The translations under genes and the position numbers were made by a program. Positions 40,478-50,012 of a DNA stretch of 51,544 nt are shown here, piece after piece (the stretch's first letter is position 1; every line of letters starts with the position of its first letter). The stretch lies in the IMG/VR virus record IMGVR_UViG_3300011008_000187, one strand, 5' to 3'. Source of the stretch: a virus. The notes beneath the pieces were generated by a model, which saw only the letters and a program-made list of their open reading frames with translations, was not told the DNA's origin and ran no database searches.

Positions 40478-42079
40478 ATGGCGAAACCGAATATCTTTGA
40501 CCGCGTGATCGCCGCCGTCTCCCCGGCGCAGGCGGTGAAGCGAGAGGCGGCCCGCAGCGCCCTGTCGTTCCTGAACAGCGGTTACGGGAACTATGGGGCC
40601 AATCAGCAGAAAAAGAGTATGCGCGGGTGGATGTATTACGGCGGCAGCGCCAAGGAGGACATCGAGGACAATATCGACGTTCTCCGGCAGCGCAGCCGCG
40701 ACGCATATATGGGCATTCCAACCGCAGCGGCAGCGCTGAAAACCATGCGCACAAACGTGATCGCCGCCGGACTGGTGCCCGCCCCGAAGCTGGACGCGGA
40801 CTATTTGAAGCTGACGCAGGAGCAGGCCGCAGACCTGCAAGCGCAGATCATCCGGGAGTTTGCGCTATGGGCCGACACGCCGGAGTGCGACGCCGACCGC
40901 ATGGATAACTTCTACCAGCTCCAACAGCTTGCCTATTTGGGCTACCTGATGAACGGAGACGCAATCGCCATGCTGCCCGTGCGCGAGCCGAGCAGAACGC
41001 AGCCCTATGGCCTGCGGGTGCGGATCGTCGAGGCGGACAGACTGTGCAGCCCCGATCTCTACGACCGGCTTTCCCCCTGCGTCGTGCGCGGGCACGAGGT
41101 ACACCAGATCGTGCAGGGCGTGGAGACGGACGCGGAGGGCATGGTGGTGGCCTACTGGATCAGCAACCGGCATCCGCTGGCAAGCACGGCAAACCTCCAG
41201 CCGGGGCAAATCGAATGGGAGCGGGTGGAAGCCTATGGCGAAAAGACCGGGCGGCGGAACGTGCTGCATATCATGAACCGCGAGCGGGCCGGACAGGTGC
41301 GCGGCGTGCCCATGCTTGCGCCGGTGCTGGAGGCGCTGAAACAGTTGGGCCGCTACACGGACGCGGAGATCACGGCGGCGGTGCTGTCCGCCTACTTTAC
41401 CGTGATCGTCAAGTCCAGCATAGCCAGCGACGGGCGGCCATTCGGTGAAATGCTGCCGCCGGAACAGCTCATTGACGGAGCGGATCAGACGAGCATTGAG
41501 CTGGGGCCGGGCGCTATCGTGTCGCTCAATCCGGGCGAGGAGGTGCAGTTCGCGGAGCCGAAGCACCCGAACACGGGTTACGACGCTTTCACCAACGCCA
41601 TGATAACGCAAATCGGCATGGCAATGGAAATCCCGCCGGAGGTCATGCAAAAGAAGTTCAGCACCAGCTACAGCGCGGCGCGTGGCGCTCTCAATGAGTT
41701 TTGGCGCACAACCGGCATGGCGCGGGAATGGTTCGCAGACGACTTTTGCAGGCCGGTATATGAGGCGTGGTTCGCGGAGGCCGTGGCCCGTGGGCGCATC
41801 AAAGCGCCGGGCTTTTTCGACGATCCCGCCAGGCGGCGGGCCTACATGGAATGTACATGGAACGGCCCGGCCCGCACCAACCTGAACCCCGTGCAGGAGG
41901 TTGACGCGGCGATCAAGCGCGTGGCGGCGGGCTTTAGCACCGCACAGGAGGAAACCGCACAAATGACCGGCGGCGATTACAGCATCAATATCCGGCAGCG
42001 CGTGGGCGAGGCCATGCAGAAAAAAGCCGTGGACGACATCATAACCCCGCAGCCGGAAACCGGCGGAGCGGGAGAATAG
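40478..42079 (+). CDS. Portal protein, lambda (gpB) family
   Basis: 533 aa. Position and lambda-portal-like sequence. Confidence 0.85.
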   Translation: MAKPNIFDRVIAAVSPAQAVKREAARSALSFLNSGYGNYGANQQKKSMRGWMYYGGSAKEDIEDNIDVLRQRSRDAYMGIPTAAAALKTMRTNVIAAGLVPAPKLDADYLKLTQEQAADLQAQIIREFALWADTPECDADRMDNFYQLQQLAYLGYLMNGDAIAMLPVREPSRTQPYGLRVRIVEADRLCSPDLYDRLSPCVVRGHEVHQIVQGVETDAEGMVVAYWISNRHPLASTANLQPGQIEWERVEAYGEKTGRRNVLHIMNRERAGQVRGVPMLAPVLEALKQLGRYTDAEITAAVLSAYFTVIVKSSIASDGRPFGEMLPPEQLIDGADQTSIELGPGAIVSLNPGEEVQFAEPKHPNTGYDAFTNAMITQIGMAMEIPPEVMQKKFSTSYSAARGALNEFWRTTGMAREWFADDFCRPVYEAWFAEAVARGRIKAPGFFDDPARRRAYMECTWNGPARTNLNPVQEVDAAIKRVAAGFSTAQEETAQMTGGDYSINIRQRVGEAMQKKAVDDIITPQPETGGAGE

Positions 42080-42088
42080 GAGGACATA

Positions 42089-43177
42089 ATGCCGAAGTTC
42101 TGGAAATTCCAAAACAGGACGGCGAACAGCGCGGAGCTGCTTTTATACGGCGACATATCGGAAACGAGCTGGTGGGGCGACGAAGTGACGCCCAAACAGT
42201 TTGCGGACGATCTCGCGGAGCTGGGGCCGGTCAGTGAAATCACCGTCAGGATCAACAGCGGCGGCGGTGACGTATTCGCGGCGCAGGCCATCGGCAATCT
42301 GCTTGAGGCCAACACAGCGGAGGTTACGGCCATCATCGACGGGCTGTGCGCCAGCGCCGCGACCATCGTTGCGTGCCATTGCAACAAGGTCATAGCTGCG
42401 GCGGACGGCACATACATGATCCACCCGGTCAAGATGGGCCTGCTGGGATATTACGAGGCCCACGATCTGCAAAGCTACGTCGGCGCTCTGAACACCATCC
42501 GGGACAACATCGTTTCTCTGTATGCCAAAAAGACGGGCAGAGAAAAAGACGAGGTTGCCGCGTGGATGGACGCGACGAGCTGGTGGACAAGCACTGAAGC
42601 CAAGGAAAACGGCTTTGTGGACGAGATCACCGGCGACGAAGGCGGAACCGTGGTGGAGAACCGCGACGGCCTGCTGTTCGTCAACAGCGTCAACATGCAC
42701 CTGCCTTTCGACAAGGCACCCACTTTCGTACAGAACAGCGTGGCAGCAGCCCCCGCCGCCAGCCGTTTTGTAAATAAAAATCCCGGCGGAGCGTCCGGGG
42801 AAAACAAGGAGGATTTCACCATGGAAATCAAGACTGTGGACGATCTGCGCAAGGCATACCCGGAGCTGGTCGCCCAAATCGAGCAGGCGGCGGCGCAGGC
42901 AGCAACGGACACGGAGCGCCAGCGCATCCGCGACATCGAGGACATGGCCCTGCCCGGCAGCGAGGACTTGACCAACGAGGCCAAGTTTGAAAAGCCGGTC
43001 AGCGCCGAGGACTACGCCAAGGCCGCCATGAAGCGGGCCAAGACGCAGGGCAGCGCGTTCCTTGAGGACATCAAGGACGACGCGAAGAACGCCGGTAAGG
43101 TCGGCGGCGATCCCGCCGACGGCAGCAACGCCGACGAGTTCATGGACGCCATTAAGAGCGTCGGCAAGAAGCAGTAA
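42089..43177 (+). CDS. ClpP/S49-type prohead protease fused to scaffold-like C-terminus
   Basis: INSGGGDVFAAQAI...GLCASAAT...MIHP is a serine protease core. The C-terminal part is a coiled, acidic region. Confidence 0.8.
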   Translation: MPKFWKFQNRTANSAELLLYGDISETSWWGDEVTPKQFADDLAELGPVSEITVRINSGGGDVFAAQAIGNLLEANTAEVTAIIDGLCASAATIVACHCNKVIAAADGTYMIHPVKMGLLGYYEAHDLQSYVGALNTIRDNIVSLYAKKTGREKDEVAAWMDATSWWTSTEAKENGFVDEITGDEGGTVVENRDGLLFVNSVNMHLPFDKAPTFVQNSVAAAPAASRFVNKNPGGASGENKEDFTMEIKTVDDLRKAYPELVAQIEQAAAQAATDTERQRIRDIEDMALPGSEDLTNEAKFEKPVSAEDYAKAAMKRAKTQGSAFLEDIKDDAKNAGKVGGDPADGSNADEFMDAIKSVGKKQ

Positions 43178-43191
43178 GGGAGGGCAAAGAC

Positions 43192-43554
43192 ATGAGCATG
43201 GATCTGGCAAAAAAGACTTTCAGCACCGCCCCGGAATATCTCATTGCGGGCGCGACCATCCCCATCACCACCGCGACCAAGGAGGCAGCCGCCGATCTGA
43301 CCAAGGGTGCGCCCGTCAAGCTCAATTCGAGCGGTAAGGCCGCCAAGATCACCGCGAGCGGCGGCAGCGTGGACACCACCGGCATCTACGGCATCGTGGC
43401 GGACGACGCCGCGAGCGGCGACGACGTGGTGATCTATCTCACGGGCGAGTTCTTCACCGACGCGCTGGTGTTGGAGGACGACGTGACCGCCGCCGACATC
43501 GAGGTGGCGCTGCGTGACATCGGCATCTTCCTCAAGGAAAGCGTAAACCCTTAA
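43192..43554 (+). CDS. Head decoration protein (gpD-like)
   Basis: 120 aa. ..GIVADDAASGDDVVIYLTGEF.. is a gpD-family pattern. Lies upstream of the gpE-type capsid gene. Confidence 0.7.
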   Translation: MSMDLAKKTFSTAPEYLIAGATIPITTATKEAAADLTKGAPVKLNSSGKAAKITASGGSVDTTGIYGIVADDAASGDDVVIYLTGEFFTDALVLEDDVTAADIEVALRDIGIFLKESVNP

Positions 43555-43559
43555 CGGGC

Positions 43560-43979
43560 TTGCTGGTTGACGCCGATATATCATCAAGCCTCAATCTCCA
43601 CGGAAAATACGTAGGAGACTTGCAGGACGGGATCGAGATTGACCGCCTTTCCATCAGCGGAAACCTCCGCTATCTCACGGACTACACGGGCTTTTCCGAT
43701 GAAGTCAGCGAGCAGGGCGGCAACTATCTGGCCCTGTGTTTCTCTGTGCCCGGAATAGACGACGCGACAATCACTGTAACTCTTGTCGGCGGGGAGCAGG
43801 AACCTGTCGCCGTCGGCACGGGCGGTATTTTCATCTTTCGCATTACCAGCACCGATCAGACTATAGCGGTGCGCGTAAGCGCCCCGTATCGCCGTGCCGT
43901 GAACAGAACGTATGACCTGCGCAGTATCACGCTGGAACACGTTTCGGAGTGCGGCACGCTCGAATGCGGCGAGCAATAG
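43560..43979 (+). CDS. Hypothetical protein between decoration and capsid genes
   Basis: TTG start with no clear RBS. 139 aa. Confidence 0.4.
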   Translation: MLVDADISSSLNLHGKYVGDLQDGIEIDRLSISGNLRYLTDYTGFSDEVSEQGGNYLALCFSVPGIDDATITVTLVGGEQEPVAVGTGGIFIFRITSTDQTIAVRVSAPYRRAVNRTYDLRSITLEHVSECGTLECGEQ

Positions 43980-44023
43980 GCCGCCGCGACACAACATGAA
44001 ACGGCAAAGGGAGGAATACCAAA

Positions 44024-45079
44024 ATGCCTAACGAAGTGAACATCTATACCCCGCGCTATCTGTCGGAGGTGGTGCGGCAGGCCCCGCCTGTCCACACCTT
44101 TTTCCGCGATCAGTTTTTCACGAACACCAAGATTTTCCCCACCGAGCGGGTTGACATCGACATCGTGAAAGGCGACCGCCGCATGGCCGCCTTTGTGCAT
44201 CCCCGCGTGGGCGGCACCCCCCTCAAGGGCACCGGCTACTCCACCGAGAGCTACAAGCCCCCGCTTATCAATCCCTACGACGTGACCACGGCGGATCAGC
44301 TCATGACCCGTCTGCCCGGCGAGGATTTGTACAGCGGCATGACGCCTGCACAGCGGGCCGCGCAGCAGCTCATGGACGAGTACAACCGCCTGAACGACGC
44401 GGCCACCCGCCGCGAGGAGTGGATGGCGGTGCAGGCCATCGTCAACGGCTCTATCCCCATCGTGGGCGAGGGCGTCAACGAGACGATCAGCTTTGGCCTG
44501 ACCAACACCGTCACCCTGACCAGCACCGCACGCTGGGGCCAGAGCGCCGCGAAAATCCTCGACAATCTGGAGGATTGGGCCGACACCGTGCTGACCAACG
44601 GCTTTGCCAACGTGGACATGTGCATCATGGGCAAGAGCGCCGTGCGTTACTTCCTCGCGGACGCCGACGTTCAGAAGCTGCTGGACAACCGCCGCGTGGA
44701 AATGGGCCTCGTCCATCCGCGCGACCTGCCCAACGGCGTGAAGTACATCGGCCACCTGAACAAGCCCAACATCGACATCTACACCTACGCCGAGGTCTAT
44801 CTGGACGACTGGACGAACCCCGGCACGCCGACCACCCAGCGCCTCATGCCGGACAACAAGGTGATCCTGATCCCCAGTAATCCCGGCTTCATGATGGCCT
44901 ACGGCATGTGTACCTACATCGAGGACGCAAGCCAGCAGTGGCAGACCGCGCCGACCGCCCGCCTGCTCCGCAGCTATGTGGAGCATCACCCCGACCGCCG
45001 CATGGTGGAGCTTCAGACCCACCCGCTGCCCATCCCCGACAAGGCGGACAGTTGGCTGGTCGCCACCGTCTGCGCTTAA
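44024..45079 (+). CDS. Major capsid protein, gpE (lambda) family
   Basis: The N-terminus ..IYTPRYLSEVVRQAPPVHTFFRDQFF is typical of the Phage_cap_E family. Confidence 0.9.
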   Translation: MPNEVNIYTPRYLSEVVRQAPPVHTFFRDQFFTNTKIFPTERVDIDIVKGDRRMAAFVHPRVGGTPLKGTGYSTESYKPPLINPYDVTTADQLMTRLPGEDLYSGMTPAQRAAQQLMDEYNRLNDAATRREEWMAVQAIVNGSIPIVGEGVNETISFGLTNTVTLTSTARWGQSAAKILDNLEDWADTVLTNGFANVDMCIMGKSAVRYFLADADVQKLLDNRRVEMGLVHPRDLPNGVKYIGHLNKPNIDIYTYAEVYLDDWTNPGTPTTQRLMPDNKVILIPSNPGFMMAYGMCTYIEDASQQWQTAPTARLLRSYVEHHPDRRMVELQTHPLPIPDKADSWLVATVCA

Positions 45080-45085
45080 ATCAGC

Positions 45086-45113
45086 AGCCCCGCCCGGTTT
45101 TCCGGGCGGGGCT
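45086..45113 (+). other. Perfect 12-bp hairpin after the capsid gene (transcript stabiliser or weak terminator)
   Basis: agccccgcccgg tttt ccgggcggggct, with no T-run. Confidence 0.5.
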
Positions 45114-45133
45114 GACCTGTACGGAGGTGCGGC

Positions 45134-45547
45134 ATGGCGCTTTTTGAACTGAACCAGAGCTACGAGAACGCGGCGGAGGAAACGTGGACGCGGCCCACAT
45201 TCAAGGATTGCGTGGCGGCGGACATCGACCTCGCTTTTTTCAACGGCGACGAACACGCGGAAACACACATCGTTGACGGGAAAGAGGCCCTTGTCATTCT
45301 GGAGGAGGACGACCTGAAACGCCATCGGGCGCACTGGGAAGCCGGAGCCAAACAGAACTTTGACACGGGGCTTTACACCGCGCACACGATCCTGTTCATC
45401 CGTGTGGCGGACTATGGCCCCAAGCCGAAAGTCGGAAAAGAGCTGATCCTTGACGCCGGAACCGACCACAAGCGCACGTTTGTCATTCGCCAGTGCGAGG
45501 AAGAAAGCGGCGTGTACCGCATGACGATGGAGAGGACGCGGCAATGA
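45134..45547 (+). CDS. Hypothetical head-tail connector-region protein
   Basis: 137 aa. Call is by position only. Confidence 0.5.
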   Translation: MALFELNQSYENAAEETWTRPTFKDCVAADIDLAFFNGDEHAETHIVDGKEALVILEEDDLKRHRAHWEAGAKQNFDTGLYTAHTILFIRVADYGPKPKVGKELILDAGTDHKRTFVIRQCEEESGVYRMTMERTRQ

Positions 45548-46260
45548 GCAAAGTCACATACGACGCGGGCAATCTCACTATCGGCATTGACGGGCTGGAC
45601 GACGTGGCGGCGGCGCTGGGAGAGCTGCGAAAGAAAACGCCTGCGGCGGCAAAGGTGGCAATCAACACCACGGCGCGGCAGGCCCGACAGCTTATGATTG
45701 CAAGCGCCCGCGCCCGGTACGCGGTCAACGAAGCCGGGCGGCGGCACCTGAAAGACCTGAAAATGACCGGCAAGGGCCATCCGGCGACAAACCGCAATCT
45801 GGAGGCCGTCCTGCATATCTCCAAGATGCGCAACGACCTCGGCTATTTCGAGCACAGGCCGACGCAGACCTACACAGGGCTGGACGTGCTGCGGTTCGCT
45901 CCCAGCGTGGTCAAGGCCCGCGTACTGCGAGAAAGCAGCTTGGAGCCATTGACCGGCACCGCCAATTTGAGCAAGGGCTTTCTGGTTGAGTTCAAGAGCG
46001 GACACGTCGGCATGGTGCAGCGCGTGATCGGCTCCTCGTCCAGCAACACCGTGACGCAGAAAAGCGGCGCTCCGCGCTGGCGCAATGCGGCGGGGAACGT
46101 GGAAAAGGTGCAGACAATGGGAAGCCCCAGCGCCACGGCCATGCACAATGTCGTTTGGCCGCAGGTGGAGCCGGAGGTTGAGGACTTGCTGCAAGCCAAT
46201 CTGCGGGCGCAGGTGGAGCGGATCATCGAGCGGGAAGCCGCAAAGCGAGGTAGGACATGA
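45544..46260 (+). CDS. Hypothetical neck/tail-completion protein
   Basis: ATGA overlap with the previous gene. Call is by position only. Confidence 0.5.
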   Translation: MSKVTYDAGNLTIGIDGLDDVAAALGELRKKTPAAAKVAINTTARQARQLMIASARARYAVNEAGRRHLKDLKMTGKGHPATNRNLEAVLHISKMRNDLGYFEHRPTQTYTGLDVLRFAPSVVKARVLRESSLEPLTGTANLSKGFLVEFKSGHVGMVQRVIGSSSSNTVTQKSGAPRWRNAAGNVEKVQTMGSPSATAMHNVVWPQVEPEVEDLLQANLRAQVERIIEREAAKRGRT

Positions 46261-46784
46261 GAAACTACACAACGATGGTGGAGGAGGCCGGGATCGGGCG
46301 CACACCGCAGCTATGCCATGACGCTTTGATCGAAATGCTCACGGAGCTGTTCCAAGGGAAGAAATACAACGGGCAGGAGGGCCGCAAGGCCCTGAAAATC
46401 TTTAAGCAGGATTTGCCCGTGCCGGAGGACAACGACGTGGACGCCGACACGGACGAGGCGTACGCCCCGTACATCGTGGCCCGCATGACCGGCGGCACAA
46501 TCAAGGACGACGACACGGCGCAATCCGTGGAGTTCAGCCTTGTGATCTGCTGCTATGACACGGGCCATGCGCGGGAGGGCTATCAGGATGTCGCCAACAT
46601 CAAGGAGGACATCGTGCAGCGGATTTGCACCAGACCGTATTTCGGCGGCGCTTTCACCGTTTTGAAGCCTATCGCGTGGGCCATGCAGCAGGACGACACC
46701 GCCCCGTACTATTTCGGCGCGGTCAATTTCACCTGCACAGCGCCCGCGCTGACACAGGACACAGAGCTAAAGGAGCTGCTATGA
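46257..46784 (+). CDS. Hypothetical neck/tail-completion protein
   Basis: 175 aa. Call is by position only. Confidence 0.5.
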   Translation: MRNYTTMVEEAGIGRTPQLCHDALIEMLTELFQGKKYNGQEGRKALKIFKQDLPVPEDNDVDADTDEAYAPYIVARMTGGTIKDDDTAQSVEFSLVICCYDTGHAREGYQDVANIKEDIVQRICTRPYFGGAFTVLKPIAWAMQQDDTAPYYFGAVNFTCTAPALTQDTELKELL

Positions 46785-47104
46785 GCAAGAAAAACGAAAT
46801 CCTGACCCCGGAGGATGAAGCCAGAACCGACGAAACCGCCAGCGCGGAGCGGGCGGCGGAGCCGGAACCGGGGAAAGAGACAAGCACGCGCGTTTACTGC
46901 GGGCCGAGCGTGCGCAATGTCGCAAGGCAGTACACCGTTTACGCCGGGGAAATCCCCGACGCGCTCCGTGAGTTTATCCGCAAGCATCCGGCGGCTGGGG
47001 GTCTGCTGGTGCCGGTGGAGAAATTTGCGGAAACCCGCAGGAAGCTGGAAGCCAAGGGCACGGCGGAGGCCGTGCTCTACAACAAGGTTAAATCCGAAAT
47101 GTAA
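46781..47104 (+). CDS. Hypothetical protein upstream of sheath
   Basis: 107 aa. ATGA overlap with the previous gene. Confidence 0.5.
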   Translation: MSKKNEILTPEDEARTDETASAERAAEPEPGKETSTRVYCGPSVRNVARQYTVYAGEIPDALREFIRKHPAAGGLLVPVEKFAETRRKLEAKGTAEAVLYNKVKSEM

Positions 47105-47119
47105 GGAGGAAAACAAGCT

Positions 47120-48586
47120 ATGTCCACTTATAAGCACGGTGTATATACCAGCGAGGTTCCGACCAGCATGGTTGCGCCCGTTTCCGGCACCGCCGGATTG
47201 ATGGTCGTGATCGGCACCGCGCCGGTGAATATGCTGGCAGACCCCAGCGCGGCGGTCAACAAGCCGCTGCTGGTCAACAACTACAAGGAGGCTGTGGAGG
47301 CCGTCGGGTACAGCGACGACTTTGCGAGCTATACGCTCTGCGAGGCCATCAGCGCCGCGTTCGGCGTCGTGGGCACCGGCCCGCTGGTGCTTATCAACGT
47401 CCTCGACCCGTCCAATGCGAGCCACAAGGCCGCTGTCGCCGAAACGACGGTGCAGGTCAACAGTCTGGTGGCGCTGGTGAACGTCAAGGGCATGATCGAC
47501 GACAACACGCTGGTGGTGAAGCTGGGCACCGGCAGCACTACGCTGACCAAGGGCACCGACTACACCACGAGCTTCAACGACGACGGCACGCTGAACATCA
47601 TCCTGACCAGCACCGGCGCGGGCGCGAGCGCGACCAGCCTCAAGGTGAGCGGCAACAGGGTTGATCCGTCGGGCGTAACCGCTGCCGACATCGTGGGCGG
47701 CGTGAACGCCAGCACCGGCGAGGAAAAGGGCCTTGAGGTCATTCGCCAGATTTACCCCAAGCTGGGCATGACCCCCGGCATCCTGCTGGCCCCTCGTTTC
47801 AGCATGGAGGCCACCGTCGCCGCCGCGTTGCAGGCCAAGACCAAGGAGATCAACGGCGTGTTCAAGTGCGTGTGCATCATCGACGTATCCAGCAAGACCG
47901 GCGGCGCTCTGAAATACTCCGACGTGAACACGCAGAAAGCCGCGCAGGCCATCAGCGACGCCAACGCCTATCCCGTATGGCCCTGCGCCGCCGTGGGCGA
48001 GGTGGTCTATTCCGGCAGCTCCCTTGCCGCCGCGCTGACCGCCTACACCGACGCGGTGAACGCAGACACCCCCAACGTCAGCCCCAGCAACAAGACAATC
48101 GCCATCAGCAAGGCTTGTCTGGCGGACGGCACGGAGGTTGTGCTGGATCAGGATCAGGCCAACACCGTCAACAGCTTCGGCGTCGCCACGTTCCTGAACA
48201 TGAACGGCTTTAGGCTGTGGGGCAACAACACCGCCGCCTATCCGGGCAACACCGATCCCAAGGATCGCTGGTTCAGCGTGCGCCGCTTCCTGAACTGGGC
48301 GGCCAACACGTTCATCCTGACCTACTTCCAGAAAGTGGACAGCCCGGCCAATCCCCGGCTGATCGAGGCCATTGTGGACAGCGAGAATGTGCGCGGCAAC
48401 GGCTTTGTGGCCCGTGGCGTCTGCGCCCGCTATGAGATCACGTTCAACGAGGACGAGAACACCACCGCCGACCTGCTCAACGGGAAGCTGACGTTCCATC
48501 AGTACATCACCCCGTACACCCCGGCGGAGGACATCGAGGACGTGATCGAGTTCGACCCGAACGCGCTGACCGCCGCGCTCACCTGA
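47120..48586 (+). CDS. Tail sheath protein
   Basis: The N-terminus MSTYKHGVYTSEVPTS...GTAPVN is a conserved sheath start. 488 aa. Confidence 0.9.
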   Translation: MSTYKHGVYTSEVPTSMVAPVSGTAGLMVVIGTAPVNMLADPSAAVNKPLLVNNYKEAVEAVGYSDDFASYTLCEAISAAFGVVGTGPLVLINVLDPSNASHKAAVAETTVQVNSLVALVNVKGMIDDNTLVVKLGTGSTTLTKGTDYTTSFNDDGTLNIILTSTGAGASATSLKVSGNRVDPSGVTAADIVGGVNASTGEEKGLEVIRQIYPKLGMTPGILLAPRFSMEATVAAALQAKTKEINGVFKCVCIIDVSSKTGGALKYSDVNTQKAAQAISDANAYPVWPCAAVGEVVYSGSSLAAALTAYTDAVNADTPNVSPSNKTIAISKACLADGTEVVLDQDQANTVNSFGVATFLNMNGFRLWGNNTAAYPGNTDPKDRWFSVRRFLNWAANTFILTYFQKVDSPANPRLIEAIVDSENVRGNGFVARGVCARYEITFNEDENTTADLLNGKLTFHQYITPYTPAEDIEDVIEFDPNALTAALT

Positions 48587-48604
48587 TAAGGGAGGGAGAA
48601 AGAC

Positions 48605-49129
48605 ATGATTTCTAACAACTACATCCCCGAAAAGATCAACGACTTCAACGCCTATGCCGACGGCAACAAGATGATTGGCGTCGGCGCGAGCGCGACGCTG
48701 CCGGAGATCAACATGAAAACCAGCACCGTTGCGGGCGTGGGGGTCAACGGAGAGATCGACAGCCCCACCATCGGGCAGTTCGAGAGCATGGAGCAGGAGG
48801 TACAGTTCAACACGCTGTACAGCAGCGCCATGGATATGATGTCCCCCATGTCCACCGTCAACCTGACGTTCCGCGCCGCGCAGCAGGTCTATGACAAGAC
48901 CGGCGGCTATGCGTTCAAGGGCCTCCGCGTGGTCGAAATGGGCCGCGTCAAGAAGTTCAACCCCGGCAAGATCGAAAAGGGAGAGAGCATGGAGGCGACG
49001 GTCACGCTGGAGCTGACCTACATCATGATCGAAGTGGACGGCCAGCAGCTTGTTGAGATCGACAAGCTGAACGGCGTTTACAAGGTCAACGGCGTGGATA
49101 TGCTGGCGGGCGTGCGCAGCCTGATCTAA
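48605..49129 (+). CDS. Tail tube protein (P2 FII-like)
   Basis: 174 aa. ..INDFNAY.DG......A.ATLPEI. is a tube-family pattern, and the gene follows the sheath. Confidence 0.85.
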   Translation: MISNNYIPEKINDFNAYADGNKMIGVGASATLPEINMKTSTVAGVGVNGEIDSPTIGQFESMEQEVQFNTLYSSAMDMMSPMSTVNLTFRAAQQVYDKTGGYAFKGLRVVEMGRVKKFNPGKIEKGESMEATVTLELTYIMIEVDGQQLVEIDKLNGVYKVNGVDMLAGVRSLI

Positions 49130-49141
49130 ACACCGCGACAG

Positions 49142-49173
49142 ATGCCCGCCCCGAAAACCGGGGCGGGCATTTT
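49142..49173 (+). terminator. Rho-independent terminator / attenuator after the tube gene
   Basis: atgcccgcccc gaaaacc ggggcgggcat followed by TTT. Confidence 0.65.
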
Positions 49174-49221
49174 GTCCTATCACCGACACACTGACACACT
49201 GAACCGAAAGGAGCCGAAATC

Positions 49222-49863
49222 ATGGCAAACGAGAAAGAAATCACCAAGGCGGCGGAAGCAGCCGAGCAGACGGAGAGCGGGAATGTGGTCAAGCTGAACA
49301 CCCCGTACAAGTTCGAGGGCAAGGAGTATTCCGAGATCGACCTCGGCGGGCTGGACAAGCTGACAATTCAGGACGCCATTGACGCCCAGCGGGAGCTTTT
49401 CAGTCAGCAGGAAGTGGCAAGCTCCATGCTCTGCGAAACGACCACGGCATTTGCCCGCACGATTGCGACCAAAGCAAGCGGCCTGCCCGTGGAGTTCTTC
49501 AAGCTGGCCCCGCGCGGCGTGAGCAAGCGCGTGGCGGCAGCGGTGCGCGGGCACCTGAACGTCGAGCAGACGACGGAAAACCATGTCGTGCGCTTTGAAA
49601 AGCCCTATTTCTACAAGGGCAAGCAGTACGAAACGGTTGACCTGTCCGGGATCGCAGACCTGAACAGCATGAACGAGAGCGAGGCGGAAAACCGCATGGC
49701 GCGGGCCGGGTTCGTTATCACGGAAAATTCGTTCAATTACCTGTACGCCTGCGTCCTTGCGAGCATGGCCTCCAATCTCCCGGAAGATTTCTATACCGGC
49801 CTGCCCCTTTGCGAGCTGGTGAAGCTGAAAAACGCGGTCAATGACGCGGGTTTTTTCGAGTAA
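49222..49863 (+). CDS. Tail assembly chaperone (two tandem gpE/G-like domains), zero-frame product
   Basis: Internal duplication (..YKFEGKEYSEIDLGGLDKL.. and ..YFYKGKQYETVDLSGIADL..). Lies directly upstream of the tape measure. Confidence 0.7.
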   Translation: MANEKEITKAAEAAEQTESGNVVKLNTPYKFEGKEYSEIDLGGLDKLTIQDAIDAQRELFSQQEVASSMLCETTTAFARTIATKASGLPVEFFKLAPRGVSKRVAAAVRGHLNVEQTTENHVVRFEKPYFYKGKQYETVDLSGIADLNSMNESEAENRMARAGFVITENSFNYLYACVLASMASNLPEDFYTGLPLCELVKLKNAVNDAGFFE

Positions 49864-50012
49864 AGGGCGGGGCTAAAGCACTCCGCAAGGCTGCAATCCG
49901 TCTGTCCAGCGTGACGCACACGGGCGTGGATTTCTACCTGAAAATGCCCGTGGGGGATTTTATAGCGTTGAATAACGAGGTGGCGGACGAATGGCGAAAA
50001 GCAAAGCATTAG
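49851..50012 (+). promoter_or_regulatory. Programmed -1 frameshift site (T_TTT_TTC) and 51-codon -1 frame extension of the chaperone
   Basis: The slippery heptamer at 49851-49857 lies 1 codon before the zero-frame TAA. The -1 frame is open to the TAG at 50010-50012 and overlaps the tape-measure start. Confidence 0.65.

Noticed and set aside
43518-43979. Frameshift fusion of the decoration protein to the downstream TTG-initiated ORF (as in Ig-domain extensions).
   Set aside because: The downstream frame is open only from 43518, and no X_XXY_YYZ slippery heptamer exists in the last 12 codons of the decoration gene.
46709-49189. Very long reverse-strand ORFs. The 826-aa ORF here is one example; others are 453-1649, 2191-3864, 6807-8537, 8594-9754, 40865-42112 and 43856-45544, all on the minus strand.
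   Set aside because: They lie antisense to well-supported structural genes, have Arg/Gly/Ala/His-rich low-complexity composition and lack an RBS. They are typical stop-codon-poor shadow ORFs of GC-rich DNA.
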